Shown here in pieces: positions 1 to 8,564 of a DNA stretch of 64,000 bases. This stretch comes from Candidatus Latescibacterota bacterium. Lineage in GTDB: Bacteria; Latescibacterota; UBA2968. Where the stretch lies: positions 3,168,001 through 3,232,000 of the forward strand of contig OZ220741.1 of the NCBI GenBank assembly GCA_965116885.1, read 5' to 3'. Position numbers and translations under genes: made by a program. Below the pieces are notes generated by a model. That model searched no databases, was not told where the DNA came from, and worked only from the letters and a program-made list of their open reading frames with translations. The stretch's first letter is position 1. The number at the start of each line of letters is the position of its first letter.

Positions 1-936
1 TAACTCCCGGGATACTTGATAAAACGACTCTGCTTTCGCGCCGCGCTCCCTGGGTTCAGTGAATCCCAATACGATGGGTGCACTATTGATAATGCTATTT
101 GCCATGATGATTTCATCGTCCTCCGGCAGAGGTTCGCATAATACTCCGATCACAAACGCTCGGCAGGCCGATGCTTCGTCGTGGAACATGATTGCATCGG
201 GTATCCCCATGACCAACCCGGCATATCTCCAGACGTGAACGTAGGCTTCGCGTTCCTTTGCATTGAAGTCGCCGCCAAGGCGTTCGACGTGCTGCATGAG
301 ACGTCCGGAGAAGGCTGCGGCCCCGAGCAACATATGCGCTGCACTGAGCGGCATTCCATACGTTGTCTCGTCCCATTCATCCGAGTCCTTAATCAGCCTT
401 CTCGACTGTGCATGCACAAGGCGGATTCGAAGATTCAGTTTCCAACCATCGCCTCCGGGATACAGTCCACCAGGTATAAACTGTTCCAATAGATGCAGGT
501 TATTTTGCTTGAGCCGGCGAACGCCGTGTCCGATGATTCGGCCCCTGATGAGAAACGACTTGCTGATTAACGTGGAAAAACCCTCTACGATGGCACCGGT
601 TGCCAGGCCTGCCAGAATTATTTCCGGGTTGCGAAGAAATGCCTCAGTGGCTATCAGGGCAATGTCTTGATCAAACCAGTCTGGGATGACTGCCGCCTCG
701 GCGATGAGCGTTCTCAGAGATTCGGGCGTGTTTTTCGGCAGATTTTCATGATTATTAAGTGCCGCGCTTATGATCCTGTTTATTTGTTCAGGGGGGGTAC
801 TCTCCACTAGTTCCTCAACCACCCGATCCGCCAAAGGATCCCCGACAGTCGTATGGCGGATATAGGCCTCCGCGAACTCGGGATCTCTACGCCGGGCCGC
901 ATTGTATCCATTGACATAAGATGCTGGAATTTCCAT
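1..936 (-). CDS. MpaB/Lcp-like (DUF2236) putative heme oxygenase, 3' end outside the window
   Basis: Absent from the ORF track because it runs off the edge. Manual translation from ATG 936 is open to base 1: MEIPASYVNGY...GDPLAD...PDWFD...RIRLVHAQSRR...WDETTYGMPLS...YVHVWRYAGLVMGIP. The RLxHA and WRYxGxxMG motifs are typical of DUF2236/MpaB/Lcp. Confidence 0.8.
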   Translation of the reverse strand, partial: MEIPASYVNGYNAARRRDPEFAEAYIRHTTVGDPLADRVVEELVESTPPEQINRIISAALNNHENLPKNTPESLRTLIAEAAVIPDWFDQDIALIATEAFLRNPEIILAGLATGAIVEGFSTLISKSFLIRGRIIGHGVRRLKQNNLHLLEQFIPGGLYPGGDGWKLNLRIRLVHAQSRRLIKDSDEWDETTYGMPLSAAHMLLGAAAFSGRLMQHVERLGGDFNAKEREAYVHVWRYAGLVMGIPDAIMFHDEASACRAFVIGVLCEPLPEDDEIIMANSIINSAPIVLGFTEPRERGAKAESFYQVSREL

Positions 937-1018
937 TTCGATTTTTTAGTCTATCTTTCTAATGTCTTTTGGTTGTATGATTTTGGAATTTACTGCCATT
1001 AATAATTATACTCAAAAT

Positions 1019-1056
1019 AGACGATATATAGCCCTAAAGACGATATATAAACCCAA
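1019..1056. repeat. Tandem 19-bp direct repeat (2 copies) in an AT-rich promoter region
   Basis: AGACGATATATAGCCCTAA / AGACGATATATAAACCCAA; 16/19 identical, first 12 bp perfect. Confidence 0.6.
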
Positions 1057-1155
1057 AATATATCATTATTAGTCTAAAAGATCAATTCTAAAAAAATCAG
1101 GTCTCATTTTCCCTTATGAGAGAAGATCAAGTCCTGCACAATCTACAATTACATT

Positions 1156-1190
1156 AAAAACACCCCCGCCCAGAATGGCCAGGCGGGGGT
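1156..1190 (-). terminator. Rho-independent terminator after the sulfatase pair
   Basis: Stem ACCCCCGCC/GGCGGGGGT (1162-1170/1182-1190) followed by a T-run on the minus strand. Confidence 0.75.
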
Positions 1191-1215
1191 TTGTTTGGTT
1201 GTATAAAAGGGGCGA

Positions 1216-2535
1216 TTACGTCACCACAGGTGACATACCCGGTTCGCCCGCGTGGTATGACGCCAGGCACCAGGGGTCTCGGGTTTCTTTGCGGAAGGTG
1301 CGAACTTTTTGTCGCATGACTTCGGCGATGTCCTGAACCTCCGGGTCGTCGATGATGTTGGTGGATTCCATGGGATCATTTTCGATATCGAAAAGGGCTT
1401 CTGCATCCTGGTGCAAAAATTTTTCCGTGCGGCGTTTGCCCATTTCCAAATTTTCTCTGCGGATGGCCTGCCAGGTGGGCGAGGCCCACAGGTCACTGGG
1501 CAAAGGGGTGGTGATTTCGGGATAGAGATTGCGCACGTATTTGTATTTGCGTCCACGCAGTACCCGATAGGGGTAGTAATTGGTGACTTCGTGGAAGGTG
1601 TGGGAAAAGAAGGTTTCGTCAAATCCCTCGGGATGTGCTTCGCCGAGGATGGGGACGAGGGATTTTTCAGGTAGCCCTTCGGGAGCTTCAACGCCACACC
1701 ATTCAAAGACGGTGGGGGCGATGTTGTTCCAGTTGACGAGGGCGTCGCTGACAACAGCTGCGGCATCTGGGCGCGCAATGATGAGCGGACAGTGGTGACC
1801 CGTGTCAAAAGAAGAGGCTTTGCCGCCGGGAAAGGGCATGCCGTGATCGCTCATGACGATGATCAGGGTATCCTCGGCACGACCAGCGTCTTGAAGTGCC
1901 TGCACAGCCATGCCTATGCCGGTGTCGAGGCGAGAGACGGATTGGTAGTATTCGGCAAATTCTCGTCGAACATCTGGATGGTCGGGCAAAAAGTCGGGAA
2001 CGATGACTTCGTCTGGGGAGTATGTGACTTCGGGAACGCCGGGATAGGTTTGTTTGTTGCCGAAGTCACGGTGAGGATCGGAATAACCGACGTGTAGATA
2101 GAATGGCTGGTCGCTGTCAATGGTTTCAAAGAATTTTGAGATGTTGTCTGCAATACCGCGCACATTGCGCCCACCACCAGCTTCGTAGTTCCAGGGATAG
2201 ACAGATTCGGGTTGGACGTGGAGTTTGCCGACAACGCCGGTTGTGAATCCGGCGGATTGTAGGGTTTTGGGAATTGACGGCATGTTGAGTTGTGTGTGGA
2301 AGTTGTGGATGCTATGCGAGTGACCGTATTGTCCGTGCGTGTGGCTGTAGTGCCCGGTGAGCAGGTTGGCGCGGCTGGCCGCACACGATGGGGTGGTGCA
2401 AAAGGCGTGCTTAAATAAGGTGCCCCGCGCGGCAAGGGCATCTACGCTGGGCATTTTGATAATATTATTGCCATAACATCCGGCAATGGGACTCCAATCG
2501 TCGGCAATGAGTAAGAGGACGTTGCGATAGGACAT
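1216..2535 (-). CDS. Sulfatase, N-sulfoglucosamine sulfohydrolase-like
   Basis: NVLLLIADD, CAASRANLLTG (CxxxR formylglycine motif), GKLHV, SDHG, HTFHEV; no signal peptide. Confidence 0.9.
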   Translation of the reverse strand: MSYRNVLLLIADDWSPIAGCYGNNIIKMPSVDALAARGTLFKHAFCTTPSCAASRANLLTGHYSHTHGQYGHSHSIHNFHTQLNMPSIPKTLQSAGFTTGVVGKLHVQPESVYPWNYEAGGGRNVRGIADNISKFFETIDSDQPFYLHVGYSDPHRDFGNKQTYPGVPEVTYSPDEVIVPDFLPDHPDVRREFAEYYQSVSRLDTGIGMAVQALQDAGRAEDTLIIVMSDHGMPFPGGKASSFDTGHHCPLIIARPDAAAVVSDALVNWNNIAPTVFEWCGVEAPEGLPEKSLVPILGEAHPEGFDETFFSHTFHEVTNYYPYRVLRGRKYKYVRNLYPEITTPLPSDLWASPTWQAIRRENLEMGKRRTEKFLHQDAEALFDIENDPMESTNIIDDPEVQDIAEVMRQKVRTFRKETRDPWCLASYHAGEPGMSPVVT

Positions 2536-2546
2536 AAGATCTCCTT

Positions 2547-3863
2547 TTAATTTCTTATTGAACTGTTGTCGCGTTTTCGCTCATCGGCTATTTGTTCGAG
2601 CATGCGATGCACGCGGTCGAGTTGTGTAGATGTTATATTTGCCGTTTCGTAAGGATCGGAACCGATGTGAAAAAGTTCGGTTTCTTCGGGGGTTTGGCCT
2701 TCTTCGTAGATCAATTTCCAATTGCCCGTTCGCATGCCAAAGGACGATCCTCTAAAATTCCAGAAGATAGACCGTTCTTCGGGTATAGCGATGTCGCCCG
2801 TGAGCAGGGGCCAGATGTCTTGGCCATCCCATTGGGGATCGCTGTTGGGCGTATAGTCAATGAGATTGGTCAGGGTTGGCATCCAGTCGGTTATGTGCAA
2901 GGGGTGAAAGCATTTGCCGGGTTGCAGATGAAAAGGCCAATTAATCAGGGATGGCGTGCGAATGCCGCCTTCGTAGAGTTGAGATTTTTGACCTCGCAGG
3001 GGCAAATTGCAGCCCAGGCGCGGCATGTCTTCGTGTCGGCCCGGGTATTTGTCCGTGTCGTGAAGGGGACCGGCAGGGATGGCACCGTTGTCCGATGAGA
3101 AGATGATGATGGTGTTTTCGCGCTGGCAGGTGCGGGCAAGGGTCTCGACGAGTTGACCGATGGCGTGATCCATCTGGCTGGCGTACGCGGCATAGGTTTT
3201 GAATGAGCGGTCTTTGTTGTCGTCGAGGTCGTAGCGCCGGTCTGAATAGCGGTCTATCCAGTGTTGCGGCGCTTTGATGGGGGTATGAACAGCGGTGAAA
3301 GGAACATAGCAAAACCAGGGACCTGTTTGCGCTTCGATCCACCGGGTGGCTTCCCGAGCGATGAGGTCGGTGACGTGGCCGCGTTCTTCAATGAGTTCGC
3401 CATTGCGGTGCCAGGTGACGCTGAATGGTCCCGATTTGTAGCGGTGGTTATACGGGTCAACGCCGCCGGCAAGGCTTCCATAAGCGGCATTGAAACCAAA
3501 TTGGTTGGGGCCGTATTCGGGAGAAGATCCCAGATGCCATTTTCCAAAGAGGCCGGTTTCGTAGCCCGCATTGCGGAAGGAGGAGGCCAGTGTTTCATAG
3601 CCATCTGGGAGGACGGGAGCGTTGGAGGGGACGGTGGCGTGGCGTCCAAAGCGACCGGGATGGCGGCCCGTTAGGAGACAGGTGCGAGTGGGAGTACACA
3701 TGGGACAGACGTAGTGCTGGTCGAGTTCGATTCCCGTGGCTGCGAGGCGGTCGATATTGGGCGTGCGAATGTGTGAGCCGTGATAGCTGACGTCACCCCA
3801 GCCCATGTCGTCGGCGAGGATGAAGAGAATATTGGGTTTTTCAATTTTTCCAGATTTGGTCAT
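2547..3863 (-). CDS. Arylsulfatase (ARSB-like)
   Basis: KPNILFILADDMG, CTPTRTCLLTG, GKWHLG, SDNG, YEGGIR; start trimmed to MTKSGK. Confidence 0.9.
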   Translation of the reverse strand: MTKSGKIEKPNILFILADDMGWGDVSYHGSHIRTPNIDRLAATGIELDQHYVCPMCTPTRTCLLTGRHPGRFGRHATVPSNAPVLPDGYETLASSFRNAGYETGLFGKWHLGSSPEYGPNQFGFNAAYGSLAGGVDPYNHRYKSGPFSVTWHRNGELIEERGHVTDLIAREATRWIEAQTGPWFCYVPFTAVHTPIKAPQHWIDRYSDRRYDLDDNKDRSFKTYAAYASQMDHAIGQLVETLARTCQRENTIIIFSSDNGAIPAGPLHDTDKYPGRHEDMPRLGCNLPLRGQKSQLYEGGIRTPSLINWPFHLQPGKCFHPLHITDWMPTLTNLIDYTPNSDPQWDGQDIWPLLTGDIAIPEERSIFWNFRGSSFGMRTGNWKLIYEEGQTPEETELFHIGSDPYETANITSTQLDRVHRMLEQIADERKRDNSSIRN

Positions 3864-3885
3864 GTCAGGTGTCCTGTTAAATATT

Positions 3886-4293
3886 CTATAAAATCCACTG
3901 TCTGATTTTACCGTTTTCTCTGTGTTTCGCATACCACAATAGCAGGATTATAATTGCGACACCTGTGCCATCCCACACCACATCGGTCCAGACGCCAGTG
4001 CGACTGGGTACAAAGGATTGATGGTATTCGTCCAATATCGCATAGAGAATGGATATCAGGACGCTCCACAATACACAGGGGGCAAATCGGTTCTTTGTCC
4101 ATAGAGATCGGAAACACAGATAGGTCAGAATAGCATATTCTGCTATGTGGGCAAATTTGCGTACGGCATGGTGTATTCGTTCACTAAAAAAGAAAATTTT
4201 TTCTGTATTCTCGAACGATAGCAGGCCGCTTGAACCAATAAAAATTAAGAGTAGCCAGACAAACAGGGCGATGCGCCAATGCATTGTTGTCAT
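3886..4293 (-). CDS. VanZ family membrane protein
   Basis: RKFAHIAEYAIL and DEYHQSFVPSRTG..D motifs; hydrophobic helices. Confidence 0.85.
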   Translation of the reverse strand: MTTMHWRIALFVWLLLIFIGSSGLLSFENTEKIFFFSERIHHAVRKFAHIAEYAILTYLCFRSLWTKNRFAPCVLWSVLISILYAILDEYHQSFVPSRTGVWTDVVWDGTGVAIIILLLWYAKHRENGKIRQWIL

Positions 4294-4306
4294 GTGTTTT
4301 TCCACC

Positions 4307-5047
4307 CTATTGTGCTGTTTTGAGGGCTTGTATCGCGTCGTCGGTGGCGTCAATGACATGGGTACCTGAGGGTACGATAAATTCAAACCATTTGTCTTTG
4401 ACGTCCGGATTGATGCTCAAATTGTGAAAGGTCTGCGTGATGATCTCATTGTTTTCGGCATCAAAAAATCCAACCCGGCGCAACAGACCGTCTTCGGGAT
4501 TGATGAGTAATTGTGCTTTGACAGGGGGATTAGGCAGTTGTGCGTGTAAGAGATTGACTTTGATCTTTGCTTCAAAGACTCGGTGGGGGCGTTCTTCAAA
4601 TATTTCGTCTGCGGTGTAGCGAATGCTCGTCCATTCCAGACCTCTAAAGGGACGCAGGGGGTCGGCCTGGTCTGCATCGGCTTCGAGGTTGGTGATGCGA
4701 TAGACGCGCCCCAGGTTCACTTTGGAGACGATTTTTTCTTCGCGGTCATAGGTCCACATCAGGCCGCCATCCGACAGGCGTTGTGAAATAATCACTTGAT
4801 CTTGTACGGTATCGAGGCGCATCAGGTTGGGGCGTTTAAAGGTTGCGCTGGCATTGAGCGTCAGTTTCTGATCCATTACGCGAATGACTGTGGTCTGTTC
4901 GGCCTTACAGGTGGCGATTTCTCTGGCATTTTTTTGAATTTCGACCATTATTTCATCGGTTTTCCCATCTCCTGTTGACATTTTGTTTTCATTTTCCGCG
5001 CTGACCTGAGCTGTGAGGATCAGCATTGCGACCACCCAGCGTTTCAT
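4307..5047 (-). CDS. LolA-like outer-membrane lipoprotein carrier/sorting protein
   Basis: Signal peptide MKRWVVAML after AAGGAG; FKRPNLMRLD, SDGGLMWTYD, and C-terminal NPDVKDKWFEFIVPSG typical of the LolA fold. Confidence 0.75.
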   Translation of the reverse strand: MKRWVVAMLILTAQVSAENENKMSTGDGKTDEIMVEIQKNAREIATCKAEQTTVIRVMDQKLTLNASATFKRPNLMRLDTVQDQVIISQRLSDGGLMWTYDREEKIVSKVNLGRVYRITNLEADADQADPLRPFRGLEWTSIRYTADEIFEERPHRVFEAKIKVNLLHAQLPNPPVKAQLLINPEDGLLRRVGFFDAENNEIITQTFHNLSINPDVKDKWFEFIVPSGTHVIDATDDAIQALKTAQ

Positions 5048-5059
5048 AACTTGCTCCTT

Positions 5060-5656
5060 ATGAGAAATTTTATTCTTCGCGCTCGCAAAGGCCCGACCAC
5101 ACCAGATTTTTCGCTGGATGATCTGCGCCGAGTTGGACGATTGGAGATTGTGGCGCATTGTTTGGCTAACGCGCTTTTTTATTCTCAAAATATACGAACC
5201 AATACTACTGTACACCTCGTTTTTGATGGACCTTCGGATCCGCCGAAAACCGTGCGTTTTGAAAGCGATCAGTTACCCTATTTGGGTGGATTTGATGAAC
5301 GTACTTTAGCAGGGGTTGTACAAAAAGCACTATCTGTTGGCAAGGGTTTGTCATTGGGCGAAGAGCGACAGGTTGATAACGGTCTTTTTGTGGCAAAAAA
5401 GGGATTTGAACGCGTTGTGCAAGATCACACGGAATCGCTCTATGTGCTCGAGCGCAGAGGTGTTGACATCCGTAAGGTGACATTTCCCCAGGATGTGACG
5501 TTTGTTTTTTCAGACCATCTCACAATGCCCAAAAAAACGGCTAAATATTTGCGCCGCCTCGGTGCTAAACCAATTTGCGTGGGGCCCCAGATGCTGTTTG
5601 CTTCTCAGTGTATTGTGTTGCTACACAATGAATTGGACCGGCAAGATGTCTGGTGA
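5060..5656 (+). CDS. trmY: tRNA (pseudouridine54-N1)-methyltransferase, SPOUT/DUF358
   Basis: MRNFILRARKGPT..FSLDDL..GRLEIVAHC, GPSDPPKT, FDER, FVFSDH, VGPQMLFASQCIVLLHNELDR. Confidence 0.8.
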   Translation: MRNFILRARKGPTTPDFSLDDLRRVGRLEIVAHCLANALFYSQNIRTNTTVHLVFDGPSDPPKTVRFESDQLPYLGGFDERTLAGVVQKALSVGKGLSLGEERQVDNGLFVAKKGFERVVQDHTESLYVLERRGVDIRKVTFPQDVTFVFSDHLTMPKKTAKYLRRLGAKPICVGPQMLFASQCIVLLHNELDRQDVW

Positions 5657-5665
5657 AGTGGTTTA

Positions 5666-6160
5666 CTAAAAGAGTTTGAATGTCGCGCCAATGTGTCCGG
5701 AGAATCCACTGATGACATCGTTTTGATCTTCGACAAATTTAATCCTGGCAAATAGCCCGAGTTTTTCACCTATTGGAAATTTGTATCCCAATTCCCCACC
5801 TATAAAACGTTCAGAAGCACCATCGGATAGTACAAAACCAATACTCGGTCCAAAAAACAGCTTGTGGGTTTCAAAGTCGCGCATGCCAATCGCATAATTG
5901 AGGCTCGTGCCCAGGGTGTGCATCATAGGGCTGGCAAAACTTATGTCGTAAAACGGCGCGAATATGAATGATCCAGGCAGGTTGACATGGACAGAGGTGT
6001 GCAGGGCAATCCCGCCAGCTGAATCAAATCGCGGGCGAATACTGTCGTTCCACATAAAACCTCCACCCAGGTTTACGCCGTCGATAAATGCCGCATCGGC
6101 AGTGCCCATATTAGAAGACAACACGCATAGCGCAAGACAAAAACTTTTTAGAATCTTCAT
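5666..6160 (-). CDS. Small outer-membrane beta-barrel protein
   Basis: Signal peptide, alternating beta-strand pattern, C-terminal Phe (GATFKLF); GGAGG RBS. Confidence 0.6.
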   Translation of the reverse strand: MKILKSFCLALCVLSSNMGTADAAFIDGVNLGGGFMWNDSIRPRFDSAGGIALHTSVHVNLPGSFIFAPFYDISFASPMMHTLGTSLNYAIGMRDFETHKLFFGPSIGFVLSDGASERFIGGELGYKFPIGEKLGLFARIKFVEDQNDVISGFSGHIGATFKLF

Positions 6161-6188
6161 AAAACCTCCTTTAAAGTTTGATTCCCGA

Positions 6189-7253
6189 TCACACGTATCG
6201 CTCGTCCAATGCCGCGACCACATCTTTTACGCGCTGAGAGCCATCGCGGGGTACAATAAGCAGGGCATCGCCCGTATCGACTACGATTAAATCCTCGACA
6301 TCGACCAGCGCGATTATTTTGTCCTTGCCGCCATAAACGGTTGTGTTTTTCGCATTGAGCAATAGCACATCGCCCTGTAGTAAATTGCCATTTTCATCTA
6401 CGGGCAAGACATCAGTCAAAGCGCCCCACGCTCCAATATCGCTCCAATCGATATCTGCTTGCAGGGTCGCAATATCTGACGCACGTTCGATAATCGCATG
6501 ATCAATGGCGATGTTTTTCATTTGCGGATAGACCTCGGTAATGACATCTGTTTCTCGTCCCTCTTTAACTGCGGTGCCAATTTTTTCGAGCATGGCATAC
6601 ATCTCGGGTTCAAATTTTGCAAAAAGATCCAGCATCGTTCTGGCTTTCCACACAAACATATTGCTATTCCACAGATATTGACCGCTCTCCAGATATGTTT
6701 TTGCAGTCGCTACATCGGGTTTTTCTTTAAATGACTCTACGGCATAAACCGGCTCGTTGTTTACCCTGGCAATCACATTGCCTTTTTGTATATATCCAAA
6801 GCCCGTGTCTGCGCGCGTTGGTTTTACACCGAGTACAAACAGGGTATCTGGGCGACCCTCCAGCGCGTCTGCTGCTACTTTGAGCAACCGACAAAATTCC
6901 TCTGGTTTGCCAATGTGGTGATCAGAACCCAAACTCGCAATTGTACATCCGGGAAAACGGGCTTCCAACAAAGCGCATTCAAGCCCCACCGCAGGCCCTG
7001 TGTTGCGAAGTGTTGGTTCTAAAATTGTATTTTCAGGAGGTAATTCGGGCAATTGTTCTCGAACGCTATGCAATAGTTTTACGCCCGTGGATACAAAAAG
7101 ATCATCCATTTTTGCCAGCGAATTGAGGCGATTTACCGCCTCTTGCAACATCGTGTGTTCACCTGTTAAAGCGTGAAATTGTTTGGGCCTGTTTTGGCGA
7201 CTCAAAGGCCATAGCCGCGTGCCAACACCACCCGCGCGAATTACAAATTTCAT
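6189..7253 (-). CDS. manC: Mannose-1-phosphate guanylyltransferase
   Basis: AGGVGTRLWPLSR..PKQF, RNTGPA, SDH, FKEKPD, WNSNMF, WSDIG. Confidence 0.9.
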   Translation of the reverse strand: MKFVIRAGGVGTRLWPLSRQNRPKQFHALTGEHTMLQEAVNRLNSLAKMDDLFVSTGVKLLHSVREQLPELPPENTILEPTLRNTGPAVGLECALLEARFPGCTIASLGSDHHIGKPEEFCRLLKVAADALEGRPDTLFVLGVKPTRADTGFGYIQKGNVIARVNNEPVYAVESFKEKPDVATAKTYLESGQYLWNSNMFVWKARTMLDLFAKFEPEMYAMLEKIGTAVKEGRETDVITEVYPQMKNIAIDHAIIERASDIATLQADIDWSDIGAWGALTDVLPVDENGNLLQGDVLLLNAKNTTVYGGKDKIIALVDVEDLIVVDTGDALLIVPRDGSQRVKDVVAALDERYV

Positions 7254-7408
7254 GTCCTATATCCAGATATTACTAAACAAAAAGTAATGTCTCTTGCCAG
7301 AGGGCACAACCGAAACCTTGCAGCAAAGGCCGTCTTTTTATATCTTTACCCAAATACGCGTGAAATATCCCCAGGGGGATTGCTCCCCCACAACAGGAGT
7401 TGACTGTT

Positions 7409-8458
7409 ATGGCACTGACTGCCACTACTTTGGAAGAGACCTATCAACAGATGGCCGAACGATTAGAGGGCATTGTGCCCGATATCGAATTGCGCTACAA
7501 AGCCGAATTGGCTTACGAAATTAATAAGCTTAAAAAAGAGCGCGGAGCCATTATCCTCGGGCATAATTACATGGAGCCGGCACTTTATCACTCTGTGCCA
7601 GATGTCGTGGGCGATTCGCTCGAGTTATCGCGTAAAGCCGCAGAAACCGACGCCGATCCCATTGTTTTTTGCGGCGTGCGTTTTATGGCCGAGACCGCAA
7701 AAATTCTCAATCCCGACAAAACCGTACTCTTGCCTGCGCGCGTTGCGGGCTGTTCGCTGGCTGCGAGCATTACTGCAGAAGACGTTCGCAATTTGCGCGG
7801 ACAATATCCGGGCGTTCCCATTGTCACGTATATCAACACCTATGCCGATGTCAAAGCGGAATGCGATATTTGCTGCACATCGGGCAATGCTCACAAGGTT
7901 GTTGAATCGCTCAATTCGGATACCGTTATCTTTTTGCCCGACGAATACTTAGCCGCCAATGTGGCGCAAGAGACCGACAAACGCATTATTTTTCCCACAG
8001 TAACGGGATTTGCCGATCCCAAACCCGGTCTTGAATACGAAATGATCGGCTGGCATGGTCGGTGCGAAGTACACGAGCAATTTACCGTTCAGGATATTGA
8101 AAATGTGCGCGTGCAGTTTCCAGATGTCGTTGTTCTCTCCCATCCGGAATGCAGTCCTGAAGTGGTCGCTGCGTCCGATTTTTCGGGCAGTACCTCTCGC
8201 ATGGTCGATTATGTTCGCGACATGGATGCCGAGCGTTATTTGCTGCTTACAGAATGCAGCATGGGCGACAACATCGCTGCGGAAAACCCGGATAAGGAAA
8301 TGGTAGGCCTGTGCAGCATTCGCTGTCCACATATGAACGAAATTACACTTGAAGACACGCTCAATGCACTTGAGTTTAACGAGCAAATTATCGAAGTGCC
8401 CGAAGATATCCGCGTGCGCGCATTAAAGGCTGTGGAACGCATGCTGGAAATTGTATGA
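7409..8458 (+). CDS. nadA: Quinolinate synthase
   Basis: HNYM, GDSLEL, FCGVRFMAETAK, GCSLA, CTSGNA, CEVHE, HPEC, CPHM; AGGAG RBS. Confidence 0.95.
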   Translation: MALTATTLEETYQQMAERLEGIVPDIELRYKAELAYEINKLKKERGAIILGHNYMEPALYHSVPDVVGDSLELSRKAAETDADPIVFCGVRFMAETAKILNPDKTVLLPARVAGCSLAASITAEDVRNLRGQYPGVPIVTYINTYADVKAECDICCTSGNAHKVVESLNSDTVIFLPDEYLAANVAQETDKRIIFPTVTGFADPKPGLEYEMIGWHGRCEVHEQFTVQDIENVRVQFPDVVVLSHPECSPEVVAASDFSGSTSRMVDYVRDMDAERYLLLTECSMGDNIAAENPDKEMVGLCSIRCPHMNEITLEDTLNALEFNEQIIEVPEDIRVRALKAVERMLEIV

Positions 8459-8487
8459 TCGTTTAAAAAATAAAGTTATGCGATACC

Positions 8488-8514
8488 AAAGGCCCGATAC
8501 ATCTCGGGCCTTTT
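8488..8514. terminator. Bidirectional terminator between convergent nadA and the M20 hydrolase
   Basis: AAAGGCCCGA-TACATC-TCGGGCCTTTT. Confidence 0.8.
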
Positions 8515-8564
8515 GCGTTTCGATATTGCGTATCAGACCTGTGTGTTTTTGGTCAACGCCAATC

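Noticed and set aside
113..670. Four short ORFs in the track
   Set aside because: Shadows of the real minus-strand DUF2236 frame (936 to <1).
7300..7408. Possible NAD+ riboswitch upstream of nadA
   Set aside because: Only a small GGGGG/CCCCC hairpin is visible; no recognisable nadA-motif consensus or expression platform.
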